64,000 nucleotides of DNA. Source: Nitrososphaerota archaeon (lineage in GTDB: Archaea > Thermoproteota > Nitrososphaeria_A > Caldarchaeales > Calditenuaceae). This document shows positions 47,998 to 57,260 of the stretch, piece after piece; positions within the stretch are counted from its first letter, which is position 1; every line of letters starts with the position of its first letter. The stretch spans positions 141,778 to 205,777 of the forward strand of contig JAVQSZ010000002.1 in NCBI GenBank assembly GCA_033581555.1, written 5' to 3'. Made by a program: the position numbers and the translations under genes. Below the pieces are notes generated by a model. That model ran no database searches, was not told the DNA's origin, and saw only the letters and a program-made list of their open reading frames with translations.

Positions 47998-48767
47998 GAG
48001 GAGGACCAGAGCAAGTCGAAGTAGGTCTGGGCCAGCGCCGTGAGCATCGCGTGGTCCGAGTAGATGCCGGCTTTGGGGCGCTGCTGGTCCGCGTCCATCA
48101 GGATCAGGAGGACCTCTGCCGAGTCTGCTATGACGCCGCCTCCGAACGTCAACTCCCTCCTCCTCACGCTCGCGACGTCGGTCAGACCCTTGAGTTCCCT
48201 GTCGCCGACCCCTGCCCCGACTAGAACCCTCACGCTCCGTCCCTTCTCCCGCATCACTGACGCCGCTGGGATCAGCGTCTGGAGCACCTCATCCGGCAAG
48301 ACCGGGAGCGCGACGGAGAGGTTGACCTGGGCCTTAGCGATGAGGGCCTTCGTCTGCCTCCAGAGCTCGGACTCGCCCCTGACGATCCAGAGCTGGGGCA
48401 TCTCCCTGTCGCCGCTCCTCCTGTAAAGGGGGGAGAGCTCCTCGACGACCTGCCTCCCCGCCACCTCCAGCTCGTTCTTAGCCCTCGAGAGGCTGGCCCT
48501 CACCGCCGTCTCGGGGTCCTGAGGCCTGTACTTGGTCGGCCTTCCGCCCTCCGCCAGCACCCAGCCGGCCTCGACGAGCGAGTTGATCACGCCGTAGATC
48601 CTCGAGACCGGTATTCCCGAGTGACCCGACAGCTCCGCAGCCGTCGCGGACCCGAGCTCCAGCAGGCCGAGGTACGCCCTCACCTCGTAGTCCGTAAGTC
48701 CGAGCCTCCTCATCGACGACCTCAGCCTCTCGGAGAGCCCGAACTCGGGCACCATCCGCTCCGTCAA
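47982..48767 (-). CDS. TrmB family transcriptional regulator
   Basis: LGLTDYEVRAYLGLL..G..TA..LS..SGIP.SRIY..L...GW...GRP.KY. Confidence 0.9.
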   Translation of the reverse strand: MTERMVPEFGLSERLRSSMRRLGLTDYEVRAYLGLLELGSATAAELSGHSGIPVSRIYGVINSLVEAGWVLAEGGRPTKYRPQDPETAVRASLSRAKNELEVAGRQVVEELSPLYRRSGDREMPQLWIVRGESELWRQTKALIAKAQVNLSVALPVLPDEVLQTLIPAASVMREKGRSVRVLVGAGVGDRELKGLTDVASVRRRELTFGGGVIADSAEVLLILMDADQQRPKAGIYSDHAMLTALAQTYFDLLWSSSQPVD

Positions 48768-48844
48768 TCCAGCCGAAATAGATCAACGTTGTCCGGGACG
48801 ATCGCTGGGAACGCTTATAACCTGATCCTTTGTTTTTAAAAATT

Positions 48845-50797
48845 GTGAGCGGATCAACAGGTTCAGTCACCGTTCTGGGGGCCGGCGCGATGGGCCACGG
48901 CATCGCACAGGTCGCCGCGATGTCCGGATACAAGGTGACCGTAGTGGACGTCTCAGACGAGATCCTGAAGCGGGCGATGGAGAGGATAAGGTGGAGCCTC
49001 GAGAAGTTCGCGGAGAAGGGAAGGATAAAGCAGGAAGACGTGGCTGCCACGCTGGGCAGGATCTCGACGACGACCTCCGTCGAAGAGGCCTGCAGGGACG
49101 CTGACATCGTGATCGAGGCGGTCTTCGAGGACGTCGGGGTGAAGAGGGAGGTCCTGAGGAGGGCGGATGCGGCGGCCCGGAGGGCGAGGGTGATCGGCAC
49201 CAACACTAGCTCGATCCCGATCAACGAGCTGGCGGCGGCGCTCGGCAGGCCCGAGAGGTTCATCGGGATTCACTTCTTCAACCCGCCCCAGCTCATGCAG
49301 CTCGTCGAGATCATCCTCGGCGACAAGACTTCAGAGGAGACTCTTAAGGCTGCGCAAGAGTTCGTGAAATCCCTCGGGAAGACGCAGGTCCTCGTGAAGA
49401 GGGACGTTGCGGGATTCATAGTGAACCGAGTACTGACCAGGGTCTTCGAGGTCGCGTGCCATCTGGTCCAGAAGGGGAAGTACACAGTCCTCCAGATCGA
49501 CTCGGCAACGAAGTACAGGGCCGGTTTCCCGATGGGCGTCTTCGAGCTCGCCGACTTCGTGGGCCTCGACGTAGCCTACAACGTCTCCAAGGTCATCGCC
49601 CAGAGGGACAAGAGGTTCAGAGAGATCCCGCTGCTGAGGGAGCGCGTCGAGCGCGGAGAGCTGGGCGTCAAGTCGGGGAAGGGTTTCTACGACTACAGCA
49701 AGGCCGCGAGGCCCGAAATTCCGACCGACGCGGGCAAAGACGTCGACCTCGCCTACATACTCGCCCCCGCGATGAACGAGGCCGCCCGACTTGTGGAGGA
49801 GGGGTACGCGTCCCATGAGGACGTCGAGACCGCCATGAAGCTCGGGACCAACCTGCCGAAGGGCGTCTTTGGGTACGCGCCTGAGCTCACCGTGGAGAAA
49901 GTGACGCAGGTCCTCGCGGAGCTCGAGCGGGAGCTGGGCGAGGGTTACAAGCCCGTCCCCTACCTGCTGACCCTAGTGGGCAAGGCACCGGAAGTGAAGA
50001 GGGAGTATCAGGAGATCTACATCAGGAGGGAGCCGCCGCTCGGGTGGATCGTGCTCAACAGGCCCCACAGGTTGAACGCGATCACCCCAACAATGATCGA
50101 GGAGCTTGACAGGGCCATCGACGAGCTGACCGAAGACAGGCAGGTCAGGGTGATAGTGATCACCGGCGAAGGTGGTAGGGCCTTCTCGGCTGGGGCGGAC
50201 GTCGCGGGCTTCATGGAGCTGATGGGAAGGGAGAACAAGGTCCACGCCGCCTCGAAGTTCTCCTGGAGGCTCTCAGAGGTCCTCCTGAAGGTTGAGGGGT
50301 GTCCGAAGCCCGTGATAGCGGCGATTGACGGCTATGCTTTAGGTGGCGGGATGGAGATCGCCCTCGCATGCGATTTCAGGCTCGCGTCGGAGCGTTCTGA
50401 GGTCGGTCAGCCGGAGATCAGGCTGGGCTTGATACCCGGGGCCGGAGGGACGCAGAGGCTCGTGAGGCTAATAGGACCTTCGAAGGCGAAGCTCGTGGTC
50501 TACTTCGGCGACAGGCTGAAGGCTAAGGAGGCGGAGGCGCTCGGAATGGTCGACAAGGTCTTCCCAACCGAGAGATTCATGGACTCCGTGAAGGAGTTCG
50601 CGCTTAAGCTCTCGGAGATGCCGCCCATTGGGCTCGAGTACGCTAAGAGGGCGATCAACGCGGCGCTCGACGTTCCGATAGAGGAGGGTCTCAGGCACGA
50701 GTCGTCGCTGTTCGGTCAGCTCTTCGCGACGAAGGACCTCATAGAGGGAATATCGGCGTTCTTCGCGAAGAGGAAGCCAGAGTTCAAGGGAGAGTGA
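48845..50797 (+). CDS. 3-hydroxyacyl-CoA dehydrogenase / enoyl-CoA hydratase fusion (likely GTG 48845)
   Basis: GAGAMGHGIA, IEAVFE, NTSS, HFFNP, GFIVNR, then crotonase AFSAGAD, GGG.E, PE..LG.IPGAGGTQRL. Confidence 0.93.
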   Translation: MSGSTGSVTVLGAGAMGHGIAQVAAMSGYKVTVVDVSDEILKRAMERIRWSLEKFAEKGRIKQEDVAATLGRISTTTSVEEACRDADIVIEAVFEDVGVKREVLRRADAAARRARVIGTNTSSIPINELAAALGRPERFIGIHFFNPPQLMQLVEIILGDKTSEETLKAAQEFVKSLGKTQVLVKRDVAGFIVNRVLTRVFEVACHLVQKGKYTVLQIDSATKYRAGFPMGVFELADFVGLDVAYNVSKVIAQRDKRFREIPLLRERVERGELGVKSGKGFYDYSKAARPEIPTDAGKDVDLAYILAPAMNEAARLVEEGYASHEDVETAMKLGTNLPKGVFGYAPELTVEKVTQVLAELERELGEGYKPVPYLLTLVGKAPEVKREYQEIYIRREPPLGWIVLNRPHRLNAITPTMIEELDRAIDELTEDRQVRVIVITGEGGRAFSAGADVAGFMELMGRENKVHAASKFSWRLSEVLLKVEGCPKPVIAAIDGYALGGGMEIALACDFRLASERSEVGQPEIRLGLIPGAGGTQRLVRLIGPSKAKLVVYFGDRLKAKEAEALGMVDKVFPTERFMDSVKEFALKLSEMPPIGLEYAKRAINAALDVPIEEGLRHESSLFGQLFATKDLIEGISAFFAKRKPEFKGE

Positions 50798-52507
50798 TCA
50801 CTTCTTCAGCGTCGCGATCGCCTCCTCCCTTAGGACCCTTCGCAGCACCTTTCCGGTCATGCTGACGGGCAGCTCGTCCTTGAAGAATATCCTCTCCGGG
50901 ACCTGGAAGGGCGCCAAGTTCTTCTCGCACCAGGCCTTTAGGGAGTCCTCCGTGAGCTTATCCTTGAACTCGGGCTTCGGCACCACGAACATCACGACCC
51001 TCTCGCCGACCTCGATGTCCGGAACGCCGACGACTGCTGCAGCCTTTACGCCCTCGTGCTTGAGGACGATGTTCTCGACCTCTGCCGGGTAGATCGACCA
51101 GCCCTTGTACTTGATCAGGTCCTTCTTCCTCTCTATGATGTAGAAGAACCCGTCCTTGTCGACCTTCGCGATGTCCCCGGTCCTGAACCACCTCCTGCCC
51201 AGCAGGTTGAAGAAGGCCGCCCTGTTAGCCTCGGGGTCGTCGAGGTAACCCTCCATCACCTGCGGCCCAGACACTGCCAGCTCCCCTATCTCGCCGATGC
51301 CGAGCGGTTCGTTCGCGTCGAGCTTGAAGACCCAGGCGTACGTGTTCGGGACGGGCAGACCTATCGAGCCGATTCTGGGGTTCGCCGGAGGGTTCAGGTG
51401 TGTAACGGGACTGGTCTCGGTCAGACCGTAGCCCTCAACGATCTTCTTGCCGGTAGCTTGCTCGAACCTCTTCGCGATCTCCTCGTGTAGCTTATCGGCA
51501 CCTGAGACGCAGAGCTTCACGTGCGAGAAGATCTCCCTCCTGAACTTCGGCGAGTTAATGAAGGCGTTGAACAACGCCGGAACCCCGAAGACTATGGTGA
51601 TCCTGTAACGCTCGATCAGCTCGAGCATTTCGTCGACATTAGGTCTGGGCACGACCACGAGCCTGTACCCGAAGCAGAGCCCGGTTCCCATTATCGCTGT
51701 CTGTCCGTAGATGTGGAAGAACGGGAGCACGGCCAGGACGACCTCATCCTCTGTGAGGACGGACCTCGCCACCTCGTAGCTCTGGTACACGTTCGCGACC
51801 AGGTTCCTGTGGAGGAGCACGGCGCCCTTTGGGAGGCCGGTCGTGCCGCTTGTGAAGCATATGGCAGCGGGCGTCCTCTCGGGGTCCACGCTCACGACCT
51901 CTTCACGGCGGATTGGCCTGTGGGACAACACCTCGCTGAACTTGACGACCCTCGGGTCGCTCACGAGCGGCTTCGTCGGTACCTTCTTCAGCAGCTTGCC
52001 CAACACCGCCTTGAACTTGGGCAGAACGTCAGCGATGTTGGTGACCACGACCTTCTCGACCTTCGTCCCCTCAAGGGACTTGAGGACTTCGTCGTGGAAC
52101 AGGTCCAGCGCGAAGACGAACTTCGATTTGCTCTTCGTGAGGATGTAGTTGATCTCGGTCGACTTGTAGAGCGGGTTGATCGGGACGACGACGCCCCCCG
52201 CCATTAGGGTCCCGTAGTAGGAGACGATGAACTGGGGCGAGTTAGGGAGGACCAGCGCGACCCTGTCACCCTCCTTCAGCCCGACCGACCTCAGATAGCC
52301 CGCGACCCTGAGTGAGTTCTCTAGAAGCCACCTGTAAGTGTACTGCTCACCAGCGAAGATCGCCGCGACCTTATTCGCCCTTTGCTCGGCTGACTCGACG
52401 AAAAGCTGGTGGTAAGACTTGCTCGGTATCTCGATCTCGAAGCTGACGCCCTGCGGGTATGCGGCCCTCCAGAACCTATTCGCGATTAACTCGTCCACGG
52501 TCGACAT
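50798..52507 (-). CDS. fadD: Long-chain fatty acid--CoA ligase
   Basis: FTSGTTGLPKG, LPFFHIYG, EGYGLTE, RTGD, RKKD, TGK. Confidence 0.9.
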   Translation of the reverse strand: MSTVDELIANRFWRAAYPQGVSFEIEIPSKSYHQLFVESAEQRANKVAAIFAGEQYTYRWLLENSLRVAGYLRSVGLKEGDRVALVLPNSPQFIVSYYGTLMAGGVVVPINPLYKSTEINYILTKSKSKFVFALDLFHDEVLKSLEGTKVEKVVVTNIADVLPKFKAVLGKLLKKVPTKPLVSDPRVVKFSEVLSHRPIRREEVVSVDPERTPAAICFTSGTTGLPKGAVLLHRNLVANVYQSYEVARSVLTEDEVVLAVLPFFHIYGQTAIMGTGLCFGYRLVVVPRPNVDEMLELIERYRITIVFGVPALFNAFINSPKFRREIFSHVKLCVSGADKLHEEIAKRFEQATGKKIVEGYGLTETSPVTHLNPPANPRIGSIGLPVPNTYAWVFKLDANEPLGIGEIGELAVSGPQVMEGYLDDPEANRAAFFNLLGRRWFRTGDIAKVDKDGFFYIIERKKDLIKYKGWSIYPAEVENIVLKHEGVKAAAVVGVPDIEVGERVVMFVVPKPEFKDKLTEDSLKAWCEKNLAPFQVPERIFFKDELPVSMTGKVLRRVLREEAIATLKK

Positions 52508-52611
52508 CAGTCACTATGTTCCTATCAGTTTTAAATAAGGGTTTACATCGGTCCCCAAATTCCGGGAGCGGGCTCTCCTCCCTAGTGCCGTAGACCCCCT
52601 CGGTACGCTAT

Positions 52612-53427
52612 TTAAGCCCGGGGCAGCTCGAGGAGGTCCAGGAGCGCGGTGTGCAGCTCCCGGTTCGCTGAGGCTATCAGGGCGACGCGGTCCCTAGTGA
52701 CCAGTGGTAGCGACGCGACGTCCAGCCCGGACGACCACATAGGGCACCCGAGTCGCGAGAGGACGAACATCGCCGGCACGACATCGAAGACCCTCATCTC
52801 CTTAGTTATGCAGACGTAGGCGTCGATCCTGCCGACGGAGATCTGCACGAGCTCGAGCAAAGAGGAGCCTAGGTTCCTGACGTACTTCGCCTCCGCGATG
52901 AGCCTCAGGTACCTGTTGGCGCTCTCTGGTCCCCTCTTCGCCGCCCTGTAGTCGACCATCATCACTGCCTCCCTGACCTCCCTGACGTCCGAGGGTCTAG
53001 AGGCAGAGGGGAGCCGGAGCTCGTCCTCGGAGGCGAGGTAGAGCTCGCCGTGAATCAGGTCTAAGACGCCGCTCGCTATAACGTCGCTGTACCTCTCGCC
53101 GCCGGCGACTGCAACGCCCGCCGAGACGCACTTGATCCCCCTCCTGAGGTTCGTGCTGCCATCGATCGGGTCCACGACTATCACGTAGTCCGGGGTCCCC
53201 CTCCACTCCTTGATCCCTGACTCCTCGGCGACGATGGTGACCCTCTCGGTCCCGAGGACTTTCATGAGCTCGGAGATTATCGCCTCCTCGCACATCATGT
53301 CGGCCATCATCGTCACGTCACCGAAGCTCCCCCTGCCGAGCCTCCTCGTCGCCTCGCCCCTCGAGCTGAGGTCCTCGTAGACCGACCTCGCCCTCCACAA
53401 CGCCGACGCGACCGCCTCTCCGATCAA
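52612..53427 (-). CDS. suhB: Inositol monophosphatase / FBPase family protein
   Basis: GDVT..AD, AEE, DPIDGSTN, RNLGS, FD. Confidence 0.85.
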   Translation of the reverse strand: MIGEAVASALWRARSVYEDLSSRGEATRRLGRGSFGDVTMMADMMCEEAIISELMKVLGTERVTIVAEESGIKEWRGTPDYVIVVDPIDGSTNLRRGIKCVSAGVAVAGGERYSDVIASGVLDLIHGELYLASEDELRLPSASRPSDVREVREAVMMVDYRAAKRGPESANRYLRLIAEAKYVRNLGSSLLELVQISVGRIDAYVCITKEMRVFDVVPAMFVLSRLGCPMWSSGLDVASLPLVTRDRVALIASANRELHTALLDLLELPRA

Positions 53428-53744
53428 ACCTCACGCGCCCTCCTCCGTCGCACCCTCGACTCGAGCGACCTCCTCATATAGGAGGCCAATACTGGGTACC
53501 TCTTCGAGAGCTCCGCCTCCACTAATTTCGCGAGCTCCTTGCTGATGCTGAACCTGGGAGTCGTGCTCTTCAGGTAGTTCAGTATCGCGGATGATAGGGG
53601 CGAGTAAAGGGCCAATCGGGGCTGGGCCAACGCTTGTGACAACGCAACCGCCGCCAACCTCCTGTCGACCTCCTCCCTTGTCGGCTTCTCCCGTAGTCCC
53701 CGTTTATCGTGCCTGCTGTGCCCACTTCTGTCCCGTTTGACCAC
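53424..53744 (-). CDS. segB: SegB-like (archaeal chromosome-segregation) DNA-binding protein
   Basis: PRLALYSPLSSAILNYLKSTTPRFSISKELAKLVEAELSKRYPVL aligns without gaps to the Sulfolobus SegB core as I recall it (PKIGVWSYPAFLVLQYLYHTVPGFKMSRTAKEALEKGLKEMYPTL); similar length and basic disordered N-terminus. Confidence 0.7.
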   Translation of the reverse strand: MVKRDRSGHSRHDKRGLREKPTREEVDRRLAAVALSQALAQPRLALYSPLSSAILNYLKSTTPRFSISKELAKLVEAELSKRYPVLASYMRRSLESRVRRRRAREV

Positions 53745-54150
53745 GGAGTGAATCTGTTGAAGCTCGTTTTAACTTATACGGTATACGTTCTAAGTTTTAC
53801 CCTTAAGCGACGTCCACAAAATCTCTTAACGGTTAAAATTGGAATAGTGATCCAGGCTAATTCCCCCAAACCGATTCGGGTCGTTAGCCGGGATCCGGAA
53901 ATATGAGCTTAAGTGCAAGAGGGACAAGGGTTGCAGACCAATGAGGATTGATCAGTTAATTTTGAATTAATTCATGAGGGTCACTTAAATATGGTCGATC
54001 GGGTCAAAAGATTTCACTTAAAACTGGAATAACGAATACTCGAACGGTTCTGACGCATCAACATCTTCGAGCTAGCGTTTGCACAGAGTGTTTACAGTTT
54101 ACGGTAAAAGGTAATAGGTTTACTTTATGTTTATTGATCGCCCCTTAATA
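53745..54150. repeat. AT-rich non-coding region with repeated palindromes and direct repeats (candidate centromere-like site or oriC)
   Basis: TATAC-G-GTATA 53775-85, TTAAC-G-GTTAA 53826-36, GAAC-G-GTTC 54042-50, TTTAC-G-GTAAA 54098-108; TTAAAAYTGGAATA at 53833-46 and 54018-31; TCACTTAAA at 53981 and 54014. Confidence 0.6.
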
Positions 54151-54282
54151 TCACCAGAGGCGCTATGCCCCTCGCAACATGGGTTGTGGCGGTCGACTGG
54201 TCAAGCCGTCCCCTCTACCCGAAGGCCCACGGTGAACACTTTATAAGTCGACGGTCAGCTGAACCGAACGAAAAGGAGGAAG

Positions 54283-54705
54283 ATGGGCGAAAGGGTAGGA
54301 AGGAGGAACAGGACTTCGCTGGTCCTGAGAAAAGGGGACGAGATCGTGGGGAAGCACGTGTATGGAAACCTGTACGGTTGCGACAGGGACGCGCTTTGGG
54401 ACGACGAGAAGCTCGAGAGGGTGGTGCTGGAAGCCGTCGAGATCGCGAATGTGAACCTCCTCGAGCTGAAGAAGTGGAAGCTCGACGGCCCGAAGGGAGG
54501 GGTATCTGTTCTCGCCATCGTGACCGAGAGCCACATCGCGATACACACCTGGCCCGGCTATGGGTACGCGACCGTAGACGTCTTCACGTGCGGCGAGAGG
54601 AGCGACCCGGTTGCGGCGTTCGAGCACATCAAGAACGCGTTGAGGCCTACGAAGGTCGTTAGGCACTACGCGGACAGGTCGTCGGTGACCACGGAGGTAA
54701 GGTAG
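54283..54705 (+). CDS. speD: Pyruvoyl-dependent AdoMet-decarboxylase-family proenzyme (probably the crenarchaeal arginine decarboxylase subtype)
   Basis: [16 protein letters not shown] self-cleavage site, HTWP, DVFTCG, YADRSS; TTTATAAG TATA upstream. Confidence 0.85.
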   Translation: MGERVGRRNRTSLVLRKGDEIVGKHVYGNLYGCDRDALWDDEKLERVVLEAVEIANVNLLELKKWKLDGPKGGVSVLAIVTESHIAIHTWPGYGYATVDVFTCGERSDPVAAFEHIKNALRPTKVVRHYADRSSVTTEVR

Positions 54706-54788
54706 TACTCAAGGAATCCGGAGATCAAGCCCTCCGGAGCGGGAAAACAAAGCTCATTTTTCTGACGGAGCGGACGTGTCAGGCCGAG

Positions 54789-55322
54789 ATGATACTCTCG
54801 GACTTCGACCTCTGGAACTACATCAAGAGCGGGAGGCTTAGGGTAGACCCGATCTCCGAGGACACAGTTAGGGAGAACGGCCTGGACCTGAGGATAGGCG
54901 AGGAGATCGCGAGGCTCAGGCCGGTCGAGGAGGTCCTCGACACGATGGACTGCGACGTCAACAGGTTCTACCAGATAGAGCGGGGGAGCTCGTTCGTGAT
55001 AAGGCCCAGGGAGCACGTCCTACTCCACACGGTCGAGTTCGTCTCGATGCCGAAGGACCTGATGGGTTTCGTGAACCTGAGGAGCACCTTCGCGAGGCTA
55101 GGGCTCTCCATCCCGCCCACCATCATAGACGCCGACTTCGAGGGCCAGTTGACGATCGAGATGGTCGGAGGGGAGTTCCCCGTGAGACTCCACGCGGGCC
55201 AGAGGTTCCTCCACGTGGTGTTCGCGAAGCTCACCTCAGAAGTCTCGTCGCCCTACAGGGGCAAGTACCAGGGCCAGAGGGGCGTGAGGCTTCCTGAGTT
55301 GAGGGAGAGGGCTAAAGCCTGA
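54789..55322 (+). CDS. dcd: dCTP deaminase
   Basis: MILSD, ENGLDLR, RSTFARLG, DADFEGQLTIE, YRGKYQGQ. Confidence 0.95.
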   Translation: MILSDFDLWNYIKSGRLRVDPISEDTVRENGLDLRIGEEIARLRPVEEVLDTMDCDVNRFYQIERGSSFVIRPREHVLLHTVEFVSMPKDLMGFVNLRSTFARLGLSIPPTIIDADFEGQLTIEMVGGEFPVRLHAGQRFLHVVFAKLTSEVSSPYRGKYQGQRGVRLPELRERAKA

Positions 55323-56103
55323 CCTCGAGCAGATCCCTCGCTACGACGGTCCTGACCCCGCAGAGCTTCCGGACGGCCTCCGGTATCTCGTGTTCTCTCC
55401 CCTCCCAATGGGGATAGAGGTGGGTCGCGATCAGAAGCCTCGGTCTGACTCTTGAGGCGATCTCCGCGAGGCCCTTCTCAGAGGTGTGCTTTCCCATGAG
55501 CGCCTCGTCCGGGAAAGAGCACTCGTGGATCAGGACGTCTGTACCCCTCGTCAGCTCGACCAGCTGCTCGCAGGGTGCCGTGTCGCCAGAGTAGGTGATC
55601 GAGAGACCTGGAGAGGAGACCCGGACTGCGAGCCCATTCGGGTGGTCGACGTCCACGACCTTCAGCCGAAGGTCCCCGAGCGCATACTCATCTCCTGGGC
55701 GGAGCTCGATCACCTCGGTCAGATCCATCTGGTCCATCCACTCAGCCGCGTAACTGTAATAGAGGTTCCGCCGCAGCGCAAGGTCGAGGAAGTCCACTAG
55801 ACCCTCGCCCCCCATCAGCTTGAGGGGCCTCTCGGGAGGGCTCGGCCTTCCGGACCTGTCCATGCTGAGCGAGGTGATGAGGTCGGGGACGTCTGAGGTG
55901 TGGTCGATGTGGAAGTGCGAGAGGAAGACCACGTCGAGGTCCCTGGCGTCGACCCCGAGCCTAGCGAGCTTAGCGAGCGTCGAGGGGCCGCAGTCCAAAA
56001 GCAACCTGGTCCCGGACAGTTCGAGCAGCACGGAGCTCCCGTACCTAAGGGCCGTAGGCTTGAGAGACCCAGAGCCCAGGAGGACGACCCTCCCCCTCGC
56101 TAC
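55312..56103 (-). CDS. MBL-fold metallo-hydrolase, RNase Z/BN-like (extended to a putative GTA start at 56103)
   Basis: VVLLGSG, LLDCG, SHFHIDH, DH, YSGDT, HECSF, KH, TH. Confidence 0.8.
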   Translation of the reverse strand, partial: VARGRVVLLGSGSLKPTALRYGSSVLLELSGTRLLLDCGPSTLAKLARLGVDARDLDVVFLSHFHIDHTSDVPDLITSLSMDRSGRPSPPERPLKLMGGEGLVDFLDLALRRNLYYSYAAEWMDQMDLTEVIELRPGDEYALGDLRLKVVDVDHPNGLAVRVSSPGLSITYSGDTAPCEQLVELTRGTDVLIHECSFPDEALMGKHTSEKGLAEIASRVRPRLLIATHLYPHWEGREHEIPEAVRKLCGVRTVVARDLLEVRL

Positions 56104-56552
56104 GCCCCCTCACCCTTGACCTTCGAGAGGACCCTGACCCCGAATATCTCGGTGTGAGGGTACTGGCCCGACTCGTCCTTCTCGTACTGCTTGACCGCGT
56201 CCCAGACGTTCAGCAGCGCGATGGTCACCGCGACCAGCGCCTCCATCTCCACGCCCGTCCTCTCGCGGGCCTTAACGACGGACCTCGCCCTCACGCAGGA
56301 CCTTTCCTCGTCCACGGTCAGGTCGACTTCGACCTTCTCGAGCCTCAGCTGGTGGCAGAGCGGGAGAAGCTTAGGAGTCTCTTTGGCCGCGATCAGGCCC
56401 CCGACCTCAGCGAGCGCGAACGGCTCTCCCTTCTCCACCTTGCCCTCGACTATCCTCCTAACGGTCTCGGGCCTGAGCTTCAGGTAACCCTCTGCGACAG
56501 CTTCTCTCACGACCTCCTGCTTCCCCGAGACGTCCACCTGCTTGACCCTCAA
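56100..56552 (-). CDS. moaC: Cyclic pyranopterin monophosphate synthase (TTG 56552 overlapping the sdhB stop)
   Basis: VDVSGK, EKG, AAKETP.LLPLCH, TGVEMEAL, WD.VK.YEKD. Confidence 0.93.
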   Translation of the reverse strand: MRVKQVDVSGKQEVVREAVAEGYLKLRPETVRRIVEGKVEKGEPFALAEVGGLIAAKETPKLLPLCHQLRLEKVEVDLTVDEERSCVRARSVVKARERTGVEMEALVAVTIALLNVWDAVKQYEKDESGQYPHTEIFGVRVLSKVKGEGA

Positions 56553-57256
56553 CCTCTCATCGCTTCCCTCCTCAGCAGCTGTATCGCTAATGCCGGGTCG
56601 ACTCCCTTCGGGCAGACCTGAGAGCAGGAGCCTGCGAAGTGGCACCTCCAAAGGCCCACAGCCTCGTCGACGATCCTAAGCCTTTCCCTGCGTCCGTGGT
56701 CCCTGGTGTCAGCGAGGAACCTGTAGAGGCTCGCGAGCGCCTGAGGTCCAGGGAACTCGGGGAGAGCCGTCACGACGGGGCATGCGGCGTAACAGAGCCC
56801 GCAGCTTATGCAATATGAGAACTGGATGTATCGCTCGAGCTCCGCGTCGGACTGGGTGTACTGCTTCGTGGGGTTCTCCTGCTCCTCCGCGTCGGTCCTG
56901 ATCAGCCAAGGCCTCATGGACTTGTACTTCCTGAAGAAGTCGGTGAAGTCGGTGACGAGGTCCCTGACCAATGGGTGGTTCTTCAGGGGCTCGACCTTGA
57001 TCCGCCACCCGACCTCCTTGACCTGAGTGTAACAAGCGAGCCTAGGCAAGCCGTTGACGGTCATCCCGCAGGACCCACAGATCCCCATCCTGCAGGAGTA
57101 CCTAATCGCGAGCGTGTGGTCCAGCTTCTCCTTCACGTAGAGGAGGGAGTCGAGCACGGTCATCCCGCTCCTGTAGGGGACCTCATAGGACGCGTATCTC
57201 GGCCGCTCGTCGCTCGTCGGGTCGAACCTGTAGACCGTCAGCCTGACCGTCCTCAC
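56549..57256 (-). CDS. sdhB: Succinate dehydrogenase iron-sulfur subunit
   Basis: SCRMGICGSC..LAC, RDLV.D, CISCGLCYAACP, CHFAGSCSQVCP. Confidence 0.95.
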   Translation of the reverse strand: MRTVRLTVYRFDPTSDERPRYASYEVPYRSGMTVLDSLLYVKEKLDHTLAIRYSCRMGICGSCGMTVNGLPRLACYTQVKEVGWRIKVEPLKNHPLVRDLVTDFTDFFRKYKSMRPWLIRTDAEEQENPTKQYTQSDAELERYIQFSYCISCGLCYAACPVVTALPEFPGPQALASLYRFLADTRDHGRRERLRIVDEAVGLWRCHFAGSCSQVCPKGVDPALAIQLLRREAMRG

Positions 57257-57260
57257 GGTC

